The notes under the pieces were generated by a model. That model did not search any database. It saw nothing but the letters and a program-made list of their open reading frames with translations, and had not been told where the DNA came from. The position numbers and the translations under genes are program-made. DNA of 64,000 bases from Candidatus Methanosuratincola verstraetei (GTDB lineage Archaea; Thermoproteota; Methanomethylicia; Methanomethylicales; Methanomethylicaceae): the NCBI GenBank assembly GCA_049570475.1, contig CP186953.1:967658-1031657 (forward strand), in the 5' to 3' direction. This document shows positions 10,101 to 19,808 of the stretch, piece by piece. Position 1 is the stretch's first letter, and each line of letters starts with the position of its first letter.

Positions 10101-10802
10101 ATGAAGCGTGCCGTTGTGATGAAAGAAGAAGATCTCATCAATCTCGCCGAGAAGATAGGCGACCAATCGCTGAGGGACAAGGTAATCGAGATGATAAGGA
10201 ATCCCCGGCTTTCCTTCCTGGAGATGCCAAACTCGACCACTTTCTCGAAGTCCCCTGCGAGCAAGCGGCGGCACCACTCATACGAGAGCGGGCTACTGGT
10301 CCATACCTATTCTACGACAAAGGTAGCGATCGCATTGGCGGACATTGTGGAAGAGGTCTACGGCGTTAAAGTCAACAGGGATGTAGTGATAGCCGCAAGC
10401 TTGCTACACGATCTGTTCAAATTCGCCACTTATAGCCAAACTTATCCCGGCAAGTACAACCGATCAAAACTTGGGGAGATGATCGATCACCTCTCGCTAA
10501 TCACTGGGGAGCTCTATGCCCGGCGCTTCCCAATAGAGGTGATCCACGCAGTGGCGTCCCACCATGGCGATGCAAGCCCAATAGAGCCTAGGACAATCGA
10601 GGCTCTCATACTGCACATTGCGGACAACGCGGACGCTGAGATGAACGACAAAGTGTTCTGGGCTGCGAAGGACATTATAAGGGAATGCCTAGGGCTGGAC
10701 GTCCAAACGCTCCCGAAGGAGGTCTCTCCTTTCAAGGTAGTCCTGGCGAAGAAGGAAGGGGGCTGCGAAGAGGTGCGCAGGAGGTTCTCAAGCCTGCTTT
10801 GA
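10101..10802 (+). CDS. HD-domain phosphohydrolase
   Basis: H...HD...D metal-binding motifs (HHSYESGLLVHT, LLHDLFK); start chosen at MKRAVVM. Confidence 0.7.
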   Translation: MKRAVVMKEEDLINLAEKIGDQSLRDKVIEMIRNPRLSFLEMPNSTTFSKSPASKRRHHSYESGLLVHTYSTTKVAIALADIVEEVYGVKVNRDVVIAASLLHDLFKFATYSQTYPGKYNRSKLGEMIDHLSLITGELYARRFPIEVIHAVASHHGDASPIEPRTIEALILHIADNADAEMNDKVFWAAKDIIRECLGLDVQTLPKEVSPFKVVLAKKEGGCEEVRRRFSSLL

Positions 10803-10803
10803 G

Positions 10804-12435
10804 GTGTACACAATGGTTGGCGGCCACTGGATAAGAGGGATCGTAGACGAGATAATCAGGAGGGGCGACGAGAGGATAGTGATCCATACGGGCAAGACTC
10901 CCTCTGGCCCAATACATATCGGGGCAGAGCGTGAGCAGTTCATCTGCAGTGCCATCCAGCGAGAGCTGGAGAGGCGGGGGGTCGAATCCACATTCAATTT
11001 CATAATTGACTCGTACGATCCAATCAAGTCGATACCTGCAGGATTAGCGGTCCCGAAGGGCTTCGAGGAGGAGCTCGGGAAGCCTTTGTCCTCCGTCCCT
11101 GATCCGTTCGGCTGCCACAGCAGTTATGCCCACCACTTCGCAGACGAGTTCATAAAGTGCCAGCCCGAGTTTGGCCTCTCGCCGAACATCGTCTATTCCC
11201 ACGAGCTCTATAAGAAGCCTGAGATGAAGGATGCTATTAGGACCGTTCTGATGAAGCTTGATAAGCTCAAGGCAATCAGGAGGAAGTACTTGCATCTCCC
11301 GGAGGAGGACGGGACCGCGGATGACTGGAACCCCGTGATGGCTGTCTGCGAGAAGTGTGGCAGGATCGCATTCATGAAGAAAGAGGTGATCCCGAACAAG
11401 ATCGACTCTTGGGACCTCGAGAAGGATGCGCTCACCTACACCTGCTCTGCCTGCGGGCACAAGGGTCAGGGGAAGATTAGGGACCTCTCACTCAAGCTCA
11501 GCTGGCGTGTGGACTGGTCAGCGAAATGGGCAGTATTCAGGGTGTCATGCGAGCCCGCCGGCAAGGATCACTGCGTCAAGGATGGCGCATACGACATGGG
11601 GCTTGAGGTCTGCCAAGAGATCTTCGGATACCGTGGCCCTCTGCGCGTCTCCTACGAATGGCTCACCCTCGGCGAGCACGCGATGAAGACACACAAGGGG
11701 ATAACTTTCACTCCTCTTGAGTGGCTCAAGATAGCGCCCCCGGAGGCCCTTAGGCACCTGATACTTGGCGCCGACCCGATGCGCCACATATCCTTCCTCC
11801 CGGAGCGCATCCCCGATATCGTCGACAACTTCGACCGGCTCGAGCGCATCTACTACGGGATCGAGGCGCCACCCCCCGGCGAGGATCACGAGTACCTGAG
11901 GGACTTGTACGCTCTCTGCGTCAGGGAAAAGCCTCGCGAGTCCGCGCCCGCAAGGCTGCCATACCGTTTCGCAGCAACGATCGTCCAGCTTGAACCTATA
12001 TTGGGGAGCGACAAGGTCATCGCAAAGTCTGTCGATTACGCCGCCCGCCTGCACAGGAAGCCTGCGCTCTCTGAGCACGAGGTCTCCGATGCGAAACGGC
12101 GCCTTTCTATGGCATCTAACTGGATTAGCCTTTATGCGCCGCCGCAGGCAAAATTCAGGATCTCGACGGGGGCGTTGGCTTTCCAGATCTCCGACGAAGC
12201 AGAGCGTAAATTCATAGACTCCGTGGCTGGCTTGCTGGAGCGGGACCTCCCAGAGTCCGATCTCCAGAACGGGATATTCGAGGCTGCAAGATCTCTCGGC
12301 ATGGAGACTGGAAAGGCATTCGCCTTGCTCTACAGGATATTGATAGGCTCAGAGAGGGGTCCGCGATTGGCCCCGCTACTCCTAGCACTGGACAGGGACT
12401 GGGTCGTGAAGCGGCTAAGGTCCACGATCCAATAG
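10804..12435 (+). CDS. lysK: lysyl-tRNA synthetase, class I (archaeal type)
   Basis: class I LysRS N-terminal signature HTGKTPSGPIHIGAERE, Zn-binding Cys cluster (CEKCG...CSACG); 543 aa. Confidence 0.6.
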   Translation: MYTMVGGHWIRGIVDEIIRRGDERIVIHTGKTPSGPIHIGAEREQFICSAIQRELERRGVESTFNFIIDSYDPIKSIPAGLAVPKGFEEELGKPLSSVPDPFGCHSSYAHHFADEFIKCQPEFGLSPNIVYSHELYKKPEMKDAIRTVLMKLDKLKAIRRKYLHLPEEDGTADDWNPVMAVCEKCGRIAFMKKEVIPNKIDSWDLEKDALTYTCSACGHKGQGKIRDLSLKLSWRVDWSAKWAVFRVSCEPAGKDHCVKDGAYDMGLEVCQEIFGYRGPLRVSYEWLTLGEHAMKTHKGITFTPLEWLKIAPPEALRHLILGADPMRHISFLPERIPDIVDNFDRLERIYYGIEAPPPGEDHEYLRDLYALCVREKPRESAPARLPYRFAATIVQLEPILGSDKVIAKSVDYAARLHRKPALSEHEVSDAKRRLSMASNWISLYAPPQAKFRISTGALAFQISDEAERKFIDSVAGLLERDLPESDLQNGIFEAARSLGMETGKAFALLYRILIGSERGPRLAPLLLALDRDWVVKRLRSTIQ

Positions 12436-12604
12436 TGCCAAAATTTCGCTAGCAGCCCATCTGACCAAAAATTCAGCTATTAAAACACGCCTGTGCACAG
12501 CTCGGTTTGTGGCACAAAATCCTGTGATTCGCCCCGAAAATCATGCCGAATACGCAATGCCGACCTCTTCTGATATCGACAGTAAGGTTTTTCAGTACTG
12601 ATTT

Positions 12605-12637
12605 AAAAACCAAAAATGTTAAAAATATTTGGTTTTA
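12605..12637. promoter_or_regulatory. inverted repeat AAAACCAAA-N13-TTTGGTTTT, 20 nt upstream of the wHTH gene start
   Basis: perfect 9-nt arms read directly from the sequence; likely operator for autoregulation. Confidence 0.4.
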
Positions 12638-12657
12638 AAGAAACGTGATGGACATTT

Positions 12658-12864
12658 ATGCAATTGCTAGACGAAATATTGAAGCTGCTGAGCGACGGAA
12701 AAGAGCGCAAACCAACTGACATATCCAAAGATTTGAAAGTAGATATCGCTTTAGTTAACGAGGCGCTCGCCTTCCTCGCGGAGTATAATTTCGTGCGTAG
12801 GGGGCACAACGGCTCATACATGCTGGATGATGAAGTAAAGCGCGTATTAGAGATTTACTCTTAG
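12658..12864 (+). CDS. small winged-helix DNA-binding protein
   Basis: 68 aa, HTH-like ISKDLKVDIALVNEALAFL; located in an AT-rich islet. Confidence 0.5.
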   Translation: MQLLDEILKLLSDGKERKPTDISKDLKVDIALVNEALAFLAEYNFVRRGHNGSYMLDDEVKRVLEIYS

Positions 12865-13125
12865 GGCACCGAAGCGCCTTCTGTATAGATCGAATTCTGT
12901 ATAATTCCTCAAAAATTCCGAGCCCTTGTCTGTTATCTTGTAGATTGGCTCGCCTTGTGTGAAGTCTATCTTCAAGAGCCCTTTGTGAAGAAGCAGCTTT
13001 ATTGCCGCTTTTCTTTTCCTCAGATCTTTTGCCGAAGCCTTTTCCATATCGCTCTGGTCGATACCGTACATCGCACGCTCCAACAGCTGGCATATATCCT
13101 TAAAAAAAGGCTTCGACAGAGACAA
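12847..13125 (-). CDS. small winged-helix DNA-binding protein
   Basis: 92 aa, helix-rich, basic; convergent with the previous gene; AT-rich islet. Confidence 0.45.
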   Translation of the reverse strand: MSLSKPFFKDICQLLERAMYGIDQSDMEKASAKDLRKRKAAIKLLLHKGLLKIDFTQGEPIYKITDKGSEFLRNYTEFDLYRRRFGALRVNL

Positions 13126-13193
13126 ATGCCTTACCCCAAATTCAAAGTATTCTGATTTTTATTTACCAGGGATGACATATAAACATTTATTTG

Positions 13194-13229
13194 AAAAATT
13201 GTTTTTCTGTTAAAATAAAAAACAATTTT
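13194..13229. promoter_or_regulatory. inverted repeat AAAATTGTTTTT-N12-AAAAACAATTTT upstream of the minus-strand wHTH gene
   Basis: perfect 12-nt arms read directly from the sequence. Confidence 0.4.
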
Positions 13230-13299
13230 ATTTATCCCCCACAACAGAACCCTCTAAAGCTGATGGTCTAGTCCGCAGAGTCTTTTCGAGCATAAGGAT

Positions 13300-13408
13300 T
13301 GGCGCCGGGGAAGGGATTCGAACCCTTGCTCCCCCGAGAGGGAACCGGCTTGCCTGTCCCATTGATAAGATCTCGAGGCCGGCGCCTTAACCGCTCAGCC
13401 ACCCCGGC
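13300..13408 (-). tRNA. tRNA-Ser(CGA) with an intron of about 21 nt
   Basis: GCCGGGGTGGCTGAGCGGTTAAGG class II D-arm, anticodon loop CTCGAG|A, long variable arm, T-arm AAGGG-TTCGAAT-CCCTT, encoded CCA. Confidence 0.8.
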
Positions 13409-13481
13409 TCACTCTTCGATACGCAAAGTTATTTCTAAATCTTTCTCTTCTCCTTCTTTTTTTTGCCTTTGTCTCATTCGT

Positions 13482-14390
13482 TCAGACTGGCATGAAAGTC
13501 GGCTTCTCGTCCGTAGCCACTAATCCCCACTTCCTGATCTTCTCAACCAGATCCTTTGGCAGGGCAAATAGTGCTTGGTACGTCTTTTCATCGAGGTACC
13601 TGAGGCCCTTCACCCCTTTTCCCGCCGCCGCTCCTTCGAATTTACCGATCAGCCCACAGGGATCTGGTCCTTTCGACCCGTAGACGATCCCCCAAGTTGA
13701 ATCATAAGAAGGAACCCAAACATGGTACCCGCCCGTCAACTGGAATGCGCTTCCAACGGTCTTTAGAATCGTCGCGAAGCAGTAGTCGCTGTAGTAAGTG
13801 GAAGTTGCCTGAGTGACCATTATGCCATCCTCTTTCAATATCCCCGATAGGAGCGAATAGAATTCCTTCGTGTATAGCCTCGCCCCTGGTCCGCCCTCAA
13901 GCGGGTCGGTCAAATCGACTATTGCTACGTCGAAAATGTCCTTGCACCCCTCAATGTACCTCCTGCCGTCACCGAAAACCAGTTCTGCCCTCGGGTCCTC
14001 AAAGGCTCCGCCCGAGAGCTCTGGCATGTGCTCCTTGGAAACCTCTACAACCCTCCTGTCGATGTCTACCATCACCGCCCTCTCGACCGAGGGATGCCTC
14101 AGCACCTCCCGGAGCGTACCTCCCTCGCCTCCGCCCAGGATGAGCACCTCTTTCGGCGAGGCATGGGCAACCATAGCCGGGTGTACAAGAGACTCGTGGT
14201 AGATGTATTCATCTCTTACAGTCGACTGGACCTTACCGTCGAGTATAAGCATCCTCCCATAGTCCTCGCTCTCGACGACATCTATCTCCTGGAACTCGCT
14301 CCTCTCGCTGTGGAGTGTCCGCCTAATCCCGTGCATGTGCGCGCTTCCATGGGTCTGGTACTCGATGAACCATTTCCAGGCGAGGCTCAC
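13482..14390 (-). CDS. speE: spermidine synthase / aminopropyltransferase
   Basis: PABS fold with LILGGGEGGTLREVLRH motif; overlaps speH by 4 nt (operon). Confidence 0.8.
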   Translation of the reverse strand: MSLAWKWFIEYQTHGSAHMHGIRRTLHSERSEFQEIDVVESEDYGRMLILDGKVQSTVRDEYIYHESLVHPAMVAHASPKEVLILGGGEGGTLREVLRHPSVERAVMVDIDRRVVEVSKEHMPELSGGAFEDPRAELVFGDGRRYIEGCKDIFDVAIVDLTDPLEGGPGARLYTKEFYSLLSGILKEDGIMVTQATSTYYSDYCFATILKTVGSAFQLTGGYHVWVPSYDSTWGIVYGSKGPDPCGLIGKFEGAAAGKGVKGLRYLDEKTYQALFALPKDLVEKIRKWGLVATDEKPTFMPV

Positions 14391-14764
14391 TTTGCAGTCT
14401 CCCCCACACAGATCACTCCGCGCTTCATCTCGACCACCGAGTTAGAGGCAGGCTTGAGCAATCCAGCGATCCTGCTGAAGACCTTCATTGGATCCGTGTT
14501 CTTACTGCATGTGAAGACGTCAAGAGCGGCGTACCCAAGCTCAGGCCAAGTATGTATCGAGATGTGGGACTCGGCAACCACTAGGACGCCTGTCACACCC
14601 TGGGGGGAGAATTGGTGGAATACTCTGCCCAATATTGTCAGTCCGGACTCGATCGCCCCTCTCTCCATTGCCTCCTCGATGCCCCTGATATCGTCAAGCG
14701 CTTTTGGGTCACAACCGAACAACTCAAAAATGAAGTGCCTACCGAGTTCCTTCATCCCGATCAC
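14387..14764 (-). CDS. speH: S-adenosylmethionine decarboxylase proenzyme (pyruvoyl-dependent)
   Basis: AdoMetDC signature ESHISIHTWPE (self-cleavage Ser), 125 aa. Confidence 0.85.
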   Translation of the reverse strand: MIGMKELGRHFIFELFGCDPKALDDIRGIEEAMERGAIESGLTILGRVFHQFSPQGVTGVLVVAESHISIHTWPELGYAALDVFTCSKNTDPMKVFSRIAGLLKPASNSVVEMKRGVICVGETAK

Positions 14765-14808
14765 CGGATAGAAGGATCGGTCACCCTTCTCTTAAATTTC
14801 TTTTTCGT

Positions 14809-15789
14809 TCATTCGGCAGGCGCCCCGCTCACCAGCTCCGCAAGGTCGATCCCGTGTGCGCCGATCTGGTAGAAGTATATGGCTATCGAATCCAGCAGCG
14901 CCGCTATCCTAGGCTGCTTTGTCATGAGTAGCTCATTTACTGAGAGCAGCGACTGCGAGAGCGCCTTGCCCTCCTCAAGTACCGAGTCCGCAAGCGCGAG
15001 ATCTTTTTTGAAAAGGGCGCTCGCAGCCTTCTCATGTATCTTGTACGCTTGCTTGCTTAGCGAGACTAGCGCGCTCACCAGATCGCTGTCAACTCCTCCG
15101 CCCAACTTTGGGACTGATGAGGCAACTGCGCCTGCGTAATCCGCAATCGTCTCCACGTATTTGGCGGCCATCCTCATGTCCAGGCACTCTGCAGGCCTGA
15201 TGCCGAGCTTCTCAGCAACAGCCGGGCTCCTGATGGCGAGCCTGAGCTGCCTAACTATCAGGAAATAAAGCCTGTCGACCTCGTCGTCCCTCCTCACAAC
15301 AGAGGATGCCAGCTCTGAGTCTTGGCTCGATAGCGCCTCCTCGGCGTCTCTGTGCATGCTTGCCGCGAGCGAATATGCCCTCCTGATCGTACTTAGGACT
15401 GGCATCGATGTCGGCTGCAGCAGGCACTGGATGGTGACCGTGTCCCTGTCTTCCTCAACAATCTCGAGCCCAATGAGCTTCTGGATCGCTCCCTTGATCT
15501 CCTCCCTGACAGCAGGGGTGAGCCTCTTTCCCAGCTCTACCACGATTGTGTCCGCACCGAAAAGGTAATTGGATCTGATCTGCCTCTCCAACCCCTCAGC
15601 CTGCCTGATATATGCAACCACTCCCTTCTCCAGCTCGCCCGTCGCATCGGAACTTATCCTTAACTCACCTTCCGAGACCGTGAGCTTCAGGATAGATCCG
15701 CCATGAAGACCGTTTGACTTGACCCAGTCCTTCGGAAGAGAGATGAGAAAGGAGCCCCCCTTGCTCATCTGCAGCCTTCTGTACTCCAC
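14809..15789 (-). CDS. PhoU-domain phosphate-uptake regulator homologue with N-terminal AbrB/SpoVT-like domain
   Basis: N-terminal swapped-hairpin-like MSKGGSFLISLPKDWV plus tandem helical PhoU repeats. Confidence 0.6.
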   Translation of the reverse strand: MEYRRLQMSKGGSFLISLPKDWVKSNGLHGGSILKLTVSEGELRISSDATGELEKGVVAYIRQAEGLERQIRSNYLFGADTIVVELGKRLTPAVREEIKGAIQKLIGLEIVEEDRDTVTIQCLLQPTSMPVLSTIRRAYSLAASMHRDAEEALSSQDSELASSVVRRDDEVDRLYFLIVRQLRLAIRSPAVAEKLGIRPAECLDMRMAAKYVETIADYAGAVASSVPKLGGGVDSDLVSALVSLSKQAYKIHEKAASALFKKDLALADSVLEEGKALSQSLLSVNELLMTKQPRIAALLDSIAIYFYQIGAHGIDLAELVSGAPAE

Positions 15790-15927
15790 ATTCTTCCCTC
15801 ACAATCAACTCGAGCCCCAATCAATAAAACCTTTTCAACTTTCAATCGCTCGGCAGTCGGTTCGGCCCATTCCAATCACGAATAAAAATTAAGAGATGGG
15901 GCGCATACATCCGATTGGGGGGTTTGT

Positions 15928-17550
15928 TTGGCTGGGAATATGAAGGCTGCTGTGGAGATGGTGCTCAATTCTGGATTCCAGCTATCCCCAGATGCCTTCG
16001 AATACCTTGCCTCGAGGCATGATCCCGATCGCCTAGTCGAGGCAGCCCTCAAAACCATCAAAGGCGCAGGATCTGCCCCCCTGGTATTGGACCGATCTTA
16101 TTTTGAGTCAATCGAGTCTGCTTCAAAAACAGTTGTTCCGCATGATTGCGGGCACATCTCCGCGCCTAGACCAATAAGCTCCCCTGATTTAGTGATTGGT
16201 GCAGAATCTGAGCGCCCCATGAAGAGCATAACTAGCTCACGGGCACTAACCAGTGGGTTACCGTCTTCCAGAAACGGGCAGAATGTTAAGCCCCCTCCCG
16301 ACTCAAAGCTTTTCGAGGAAGATGGAATCAGGCTCATCTCGGGTCTTGAGCGAATAACCATAAAGGGGAAGGCGAGCGACTTCAGGGATTACTTCAGGGA
16401 TCGGCTTGCGTCACTCTCATCGATTCTGCGCTCTAGGGCAGATGTCAGCGGAGCGACTACCGCTTCGCATGTACCCGAAGGTCTCAAGTGGCACAAAGTC
16501 AAGTTCATCGGAATGGTCAATTCGAAGAAAGAGTTCAGGGACGGCACTGTGGTGGTCGAGCTTGAGGACGAGGACGGGCTTGTGAAGGTAACCTTCAGGG
16601 GAGACGATGCAATAAAGAAGAAGGCTGCCCGGCTACTTGTTGATGAAGTCGTGTGCGTTCTCGGCGCGACCAGGAACGGCAGCTCGGTCATAGCAGAGGA
16701 CGTGATCTGGCCGGACATACCCTACAAGTCAAGAAGCATCCCTCCCTCTCCTGACCACGCCTATGCAGTGCTTACATCCGATGTCCACATCGGCAGCAAG
16801 ACTTTCCTGAGGGACGACTTCGAGCGGTTCTTGGGCTGGCTGAGGGGAGAAACCGATGAACCCAGGCTCAATGAGATCGCGAGCAGGACGAAGTACCTTG
16901 TTATTGCCGGAGACCTCGTCGACGGGGTTGGGATATACCCTAACCAGGAGGAAGAATTGGATGTCGCAGACCTGTACGATCAGTACAAGATCGCAGCGGA
17001 GTACCTGTCCACGCTGCCTGACCGGATCAAGATAATAATAATACCAGGGAACCACGACGCCTGTAGACCCACCCTGCCAACCCCCCCAATTTACAGCGAC
17101 TACGCTGCGCCCCTCTACTCGATGAGGAACGTCCTCATGCTGGGAGACCCGTCTTTCGTGAACCTCAGCGGTCAGACTTTTCTCCTTACGCATGGCAGGA
17201 GCCTCGACGACGTGATCCCATTCCTCCCCGATTGCAACTTCAGGGAGCCGCAGAGGGCAATGGTCGAGCTCCTCAAGTCCAGGCACATCGCCCCAATATA
17301 CGGGGAGAAGACCCCCCTTGCACCTGAGCCAAAGGACCGGCTCGTGATTGACCCCGTCCCAGACATATTCCATGCGGGGCACGTCCATGTGGAGGGGATC
17401 GCCGAATACAGGGGAGTGCTGGTGGTCAACTCGGGCACATGGCAGTCGCAGACCAAGTACCAGCTCTCGGCTGGGATAGTCCCCAAGCCCTCCATAGTGC
17501 CAGTAGTCGACCTCGCCACAACGAAAGCTTATGAGTTGAACTTCACCTAG
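15928..17550 (+). CDS. DNA polymerase II (PolD) small subunit DP1
   Basis: calcineurin-like phosphoesterase motifs (DVHIGS, GDLVD, GNHD), OB-fold N-region; 540 aa. Confidence 0.8.
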   Translation: MAGNMKAAVEMVLNSGFQLSPDAFEYLASRHDPDRLVEAALKTIKGAGSAPLVLDRSYFESIESASKTVVPHDCGHISAPRPISSPDLVIGAESERPMKSITSSRALTSGLPSSRNGQNVKPPPDSKLFEEDGIRLISGLERITIKGKASDFRDYFRDRLASLSSILRSRADVSGATTASHVPEGLKWHKVKFIGMVNSKKEFRDGTVVVELEDEDGLVKVTFRGDDAIKKKAARLLVDEVVCVLGATRNGSSVIAEDVIWPDIPYKSRSIPPSPDHAYAVLTSDVHIGSKTFLRDDFERFLGWLRGETDEPRLNEIASRTKYLVIAGDLVDGVGIYPNQEEELDVADLYDQYKIAAEYLSTLPDRIKIIIIPGNHDACRPTLPTPPIYSDYAAPLYSMRNVLMLGDPSFVNLSGQTFLLTHGRSLDDVIPFLPDCNFREPQRAMVELLKSRHIAPIYGEKTPLAPEPKDRLVIDPVPDIFHAGHVHVEGIAEYRGVLVVNSGTWQSQTKYQLSAGIVPKPSIVPVVDLATTKAYELNFT

Positions 17551-17600
17551 TCCATGGCTCCTCTTCGAAAGGCCTGTATCCTGCTCTTGGGGCGCGGTCT

Positions 17601-18143
17601 TTACGAGATCGCTTTCGAGAGCATGCAACACACGCGGAGCGGCTCCGGGATCTTCCCGAATACCGAAAGGCGTCTCATGGTTCTGAATGCCAACTTGGGG
17701 CTGATCCCGTAGCACGCCAGGAAGACCCCCCCAGTGCCTGGAATCTCAAATCTCTGCGGTCCCAGCGGTCTACTAAGAACCTCGAGCCTCCTCCTCCAGT
17801 CGGGGAAGTGCTTTCTCAATGCCCTCTCGACTGCCACGCTGTCCGGCTCCTCCTCGAGCACGAATACCGATGGCACTCCCGTGGTCTTTAAAATTTCCTC
17901 GGGGTCTATCAGGTTGAATCCGGCAACCGGGACGCTCCTCGAGAGGAGTACCTCGATCTCCCACTTGCTGCTTACTATGGCTCCGACTATCTTTTCGGTG
18001 GCGTCCATCCCGTCAATTTCGACGTCTGAAACTCTGACTTCTACAGGCCTGATCCCTGCTGCAGTGAGGAGCACGAGCGGGGTCGTGCCCTTTTTGAAAG
18101 GGGGGATCTTACCGCCGCAGACCGAGATCGAGATGTCCCCCAC
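17601..18143 (-). CDS. DUF99/UPF0215 family protein
   Basis: VDGMDATE-containing core recalled for UPF0215; low certainty. Confidence 0.4.
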   Translation of the reverse strand: MGDISISVCGGKIPPFKKGTTPLVLLTAAGIRPVEVRVSDVEIDGMDATEKIVGAIVSSKWEIEVLLSRSVPVAGFNLIDPEEILKTTGVPSVFVLEEEPDSVAVERALRKHFPDWRRRLEVLSRPLGPQRFEIPGTGGVFLACYGISPKLAFRTMRRLSVFGKIPEPLRVCCMLSKAIS

Positions 18144-18259
18144 CGTAAACCCCCCTTCAGACTCTCTTGGGATAACCAGCCAATTATGAAGTGATCTTTT
18201 TCGATAATCAGCCTTTCGGACCAGGGCGATTCCGTCGATGGCGACCTAGCCCATTCCAC

Positions 18260-19462
18260 TTACTTGCTAACAAGGTCGCCGAGCCGCGGGTCGTCCTGGA
18301 GCGCTTCCTTCAAGTTCTTCGCGGAGATGCTGAGGCTTACAACCTTCGTTCTGCCGTACCTGCCCTTGCTCACGACCTTGGCGTTAGCTATCCCCAGCAT
18401 GTCCAGCTCGTTGATCAGGTCACTAATCCTCCTCTGCGTGAGCGGCTCGAGGCCCATGCTCTTTGCTACTTTGCTGTATAGGTCGTAGAGCTCCCCTGTC
18501 GATCCGCCCTTCGACGCTCCATTGCCCAGGAGGTTCAGGCTCAGGATTAATATCTTAGAGTGGAGGGGCATCGTCCTGATCACCTCGACCACCCTGTCCT
18601 TCTCAATCTCTTTTTGGGCCATCCTGACGTGGTCTTCAGTAACCTTTGTATCCCCGTTTCTCTCTGCTATCTCGCCCGAGATTCTGAGAAGATCGAGAGC
18701 CCTCCTGGCGTCGCCGTGCTCCTTCGCAGCCAGAGCGGAGCAGAGCTTGATCACGCTCCCCTCTATGACGTTTTTGTTGAATGCGAGGCTAGCCCTCCTG
18801 CTGAGTATGTCCTCCAGCTCTGAGGCGTCGTAGGGGGGGAAGACGAGCTCCTCCTCTCCCAGGCTGCTCCTTACCCTTGGGTCCAGGTACTCCATGAACT
18901 TGAGATCATTCGTTATCCCGACTATCGAGATCCTGGTCCTGCTCAGCCTCTGGTTTATCCTCGTGAGGTCGTATAGCGCTTTGTCCCCCGTCTTCTTGAC
19001 AAGCGCGTCCACCTCGTCCAGGACTGCGAAGATCATCCTTTCGGACGAATCGACGATTTTAACGAACCTTCTGAAGACCTCTGAGGTCGAGAGCCCCGTA
19101 AAAGGGATCCTCTCCCCCACGGACTCGCAAAGGTCAGCCAAGACCCTGTAATTCGTGTCGTCATGCTTGCAATTTATGTAGGCAACCCCAAGATTGACCC
19201 CAATCTTCATGCCCTCGTCCTCGATCTTCTTCAGCACATACTTCGTGACTGCGGTCTTCCCAGTCCCTGGGACTCCATAGATGAAGATGTTTGAGGGCCT
19301 GGAACCCTTCAGAGAGGGCGCAAGGATCTCCGCGAGCTTGAGTATCTGCTCCTCCCTGTGCGGCAAGTCGTTCGGTATGTAGTCCGGCCTCATCATCTCC
19401 CTGTTGGCAAAGATCTTTGCGCTCAGCACTCTGCTGAAAAGGCTGTCTAAGGGGTCCGTCAT
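18260..19462 (-). CDS. cdc6: Orc1/Cdc6 replication initiator
   Basis: Walker A IYGVPGTGKTAV, Walker B VLDEVD, C-terminal winged helix; start chosen at MTDPLDS (the ORF extends to 19654). Confidence 0.85.
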   Translation of the reverse strand: MTDPLDSLFSRVLSAKIFANREMMRPDYIPNDLPHREEQILKLAEILAPSLKGSRPSNIFIYGVPGTGKTAVTKYVLKKIEDEGMKIGVNLGVAYINCKHDDTNYRVLADLCESVGERIPFTGLSTSEVFRRFVKIVDSSERMIFAVLDEVDALVKKTGDKALYDLTRINQRLSRTRISIVGITNDLKFMEYLDPRVRSSLGEEELVFPPYDASELEDILSRRASLAFNKNVIEGSVIKLCSALAAKEHGDARRALDLLRISGEIAERNGDTKVTEDHVRMAQKEIEKDRVVEVIRTMPLHSKILILSLNLLGNGASKGGSTGELYDLYSKVAKSMGLEPLTQRRISDLINELDMLGIANAKVVSKGRYGRTKVVSLSISAKNLKEALQDDPRLGDLVSK

Positions 19463-19808
19463 GGTGGTCTCTCCAGGGGATGCATTTGAATTAGTGGATC
19501 CAGTAGAAATATAAGCTCTTTCCAGATCTGTTCCATGGACCAAAGTGCCCTTTTTGTTGCAAATCCTGCTCCCCCATGGCACTTGGTTGGGCGGGGCTTT
19601 TACATCCTGGTTTAAATTTTGCGCCAGCCAAAATTCCTTTTTCGCCCCGATCAAGATCGATCCTTCAGTGCGGCTAGTGCTGACTCATGCAACGACTCGC
19701 CCGCAATTCCAGACCGCCCGATCCACGAGGGATAACGGAAGTCGGCAGCAGGGTTTTTAATAACCTAGGGGTCTACCCGTAATCATCTATTCTGCCTCGG
19801 GCTGGTGA
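19463..19808. other. candidate replication origin region (divergent intergenic upstream of cdc6)
   Basis: position adjacent to cdc6; TCCA-N2-4-GGA dyads (TCCAGGGGA, TTCCATGGACC, CCATGGCAC), G-string GGGCGGGG, short AT-rich stretch. Confidence 0.35.

Noticed and set aside
16729-17715. 328-aa minus-strand ORF
   Set aside because: Antisense to the well-supported PolD small-subunit gene; a typical GC-rich antisense open frame with no recognisable motifs.
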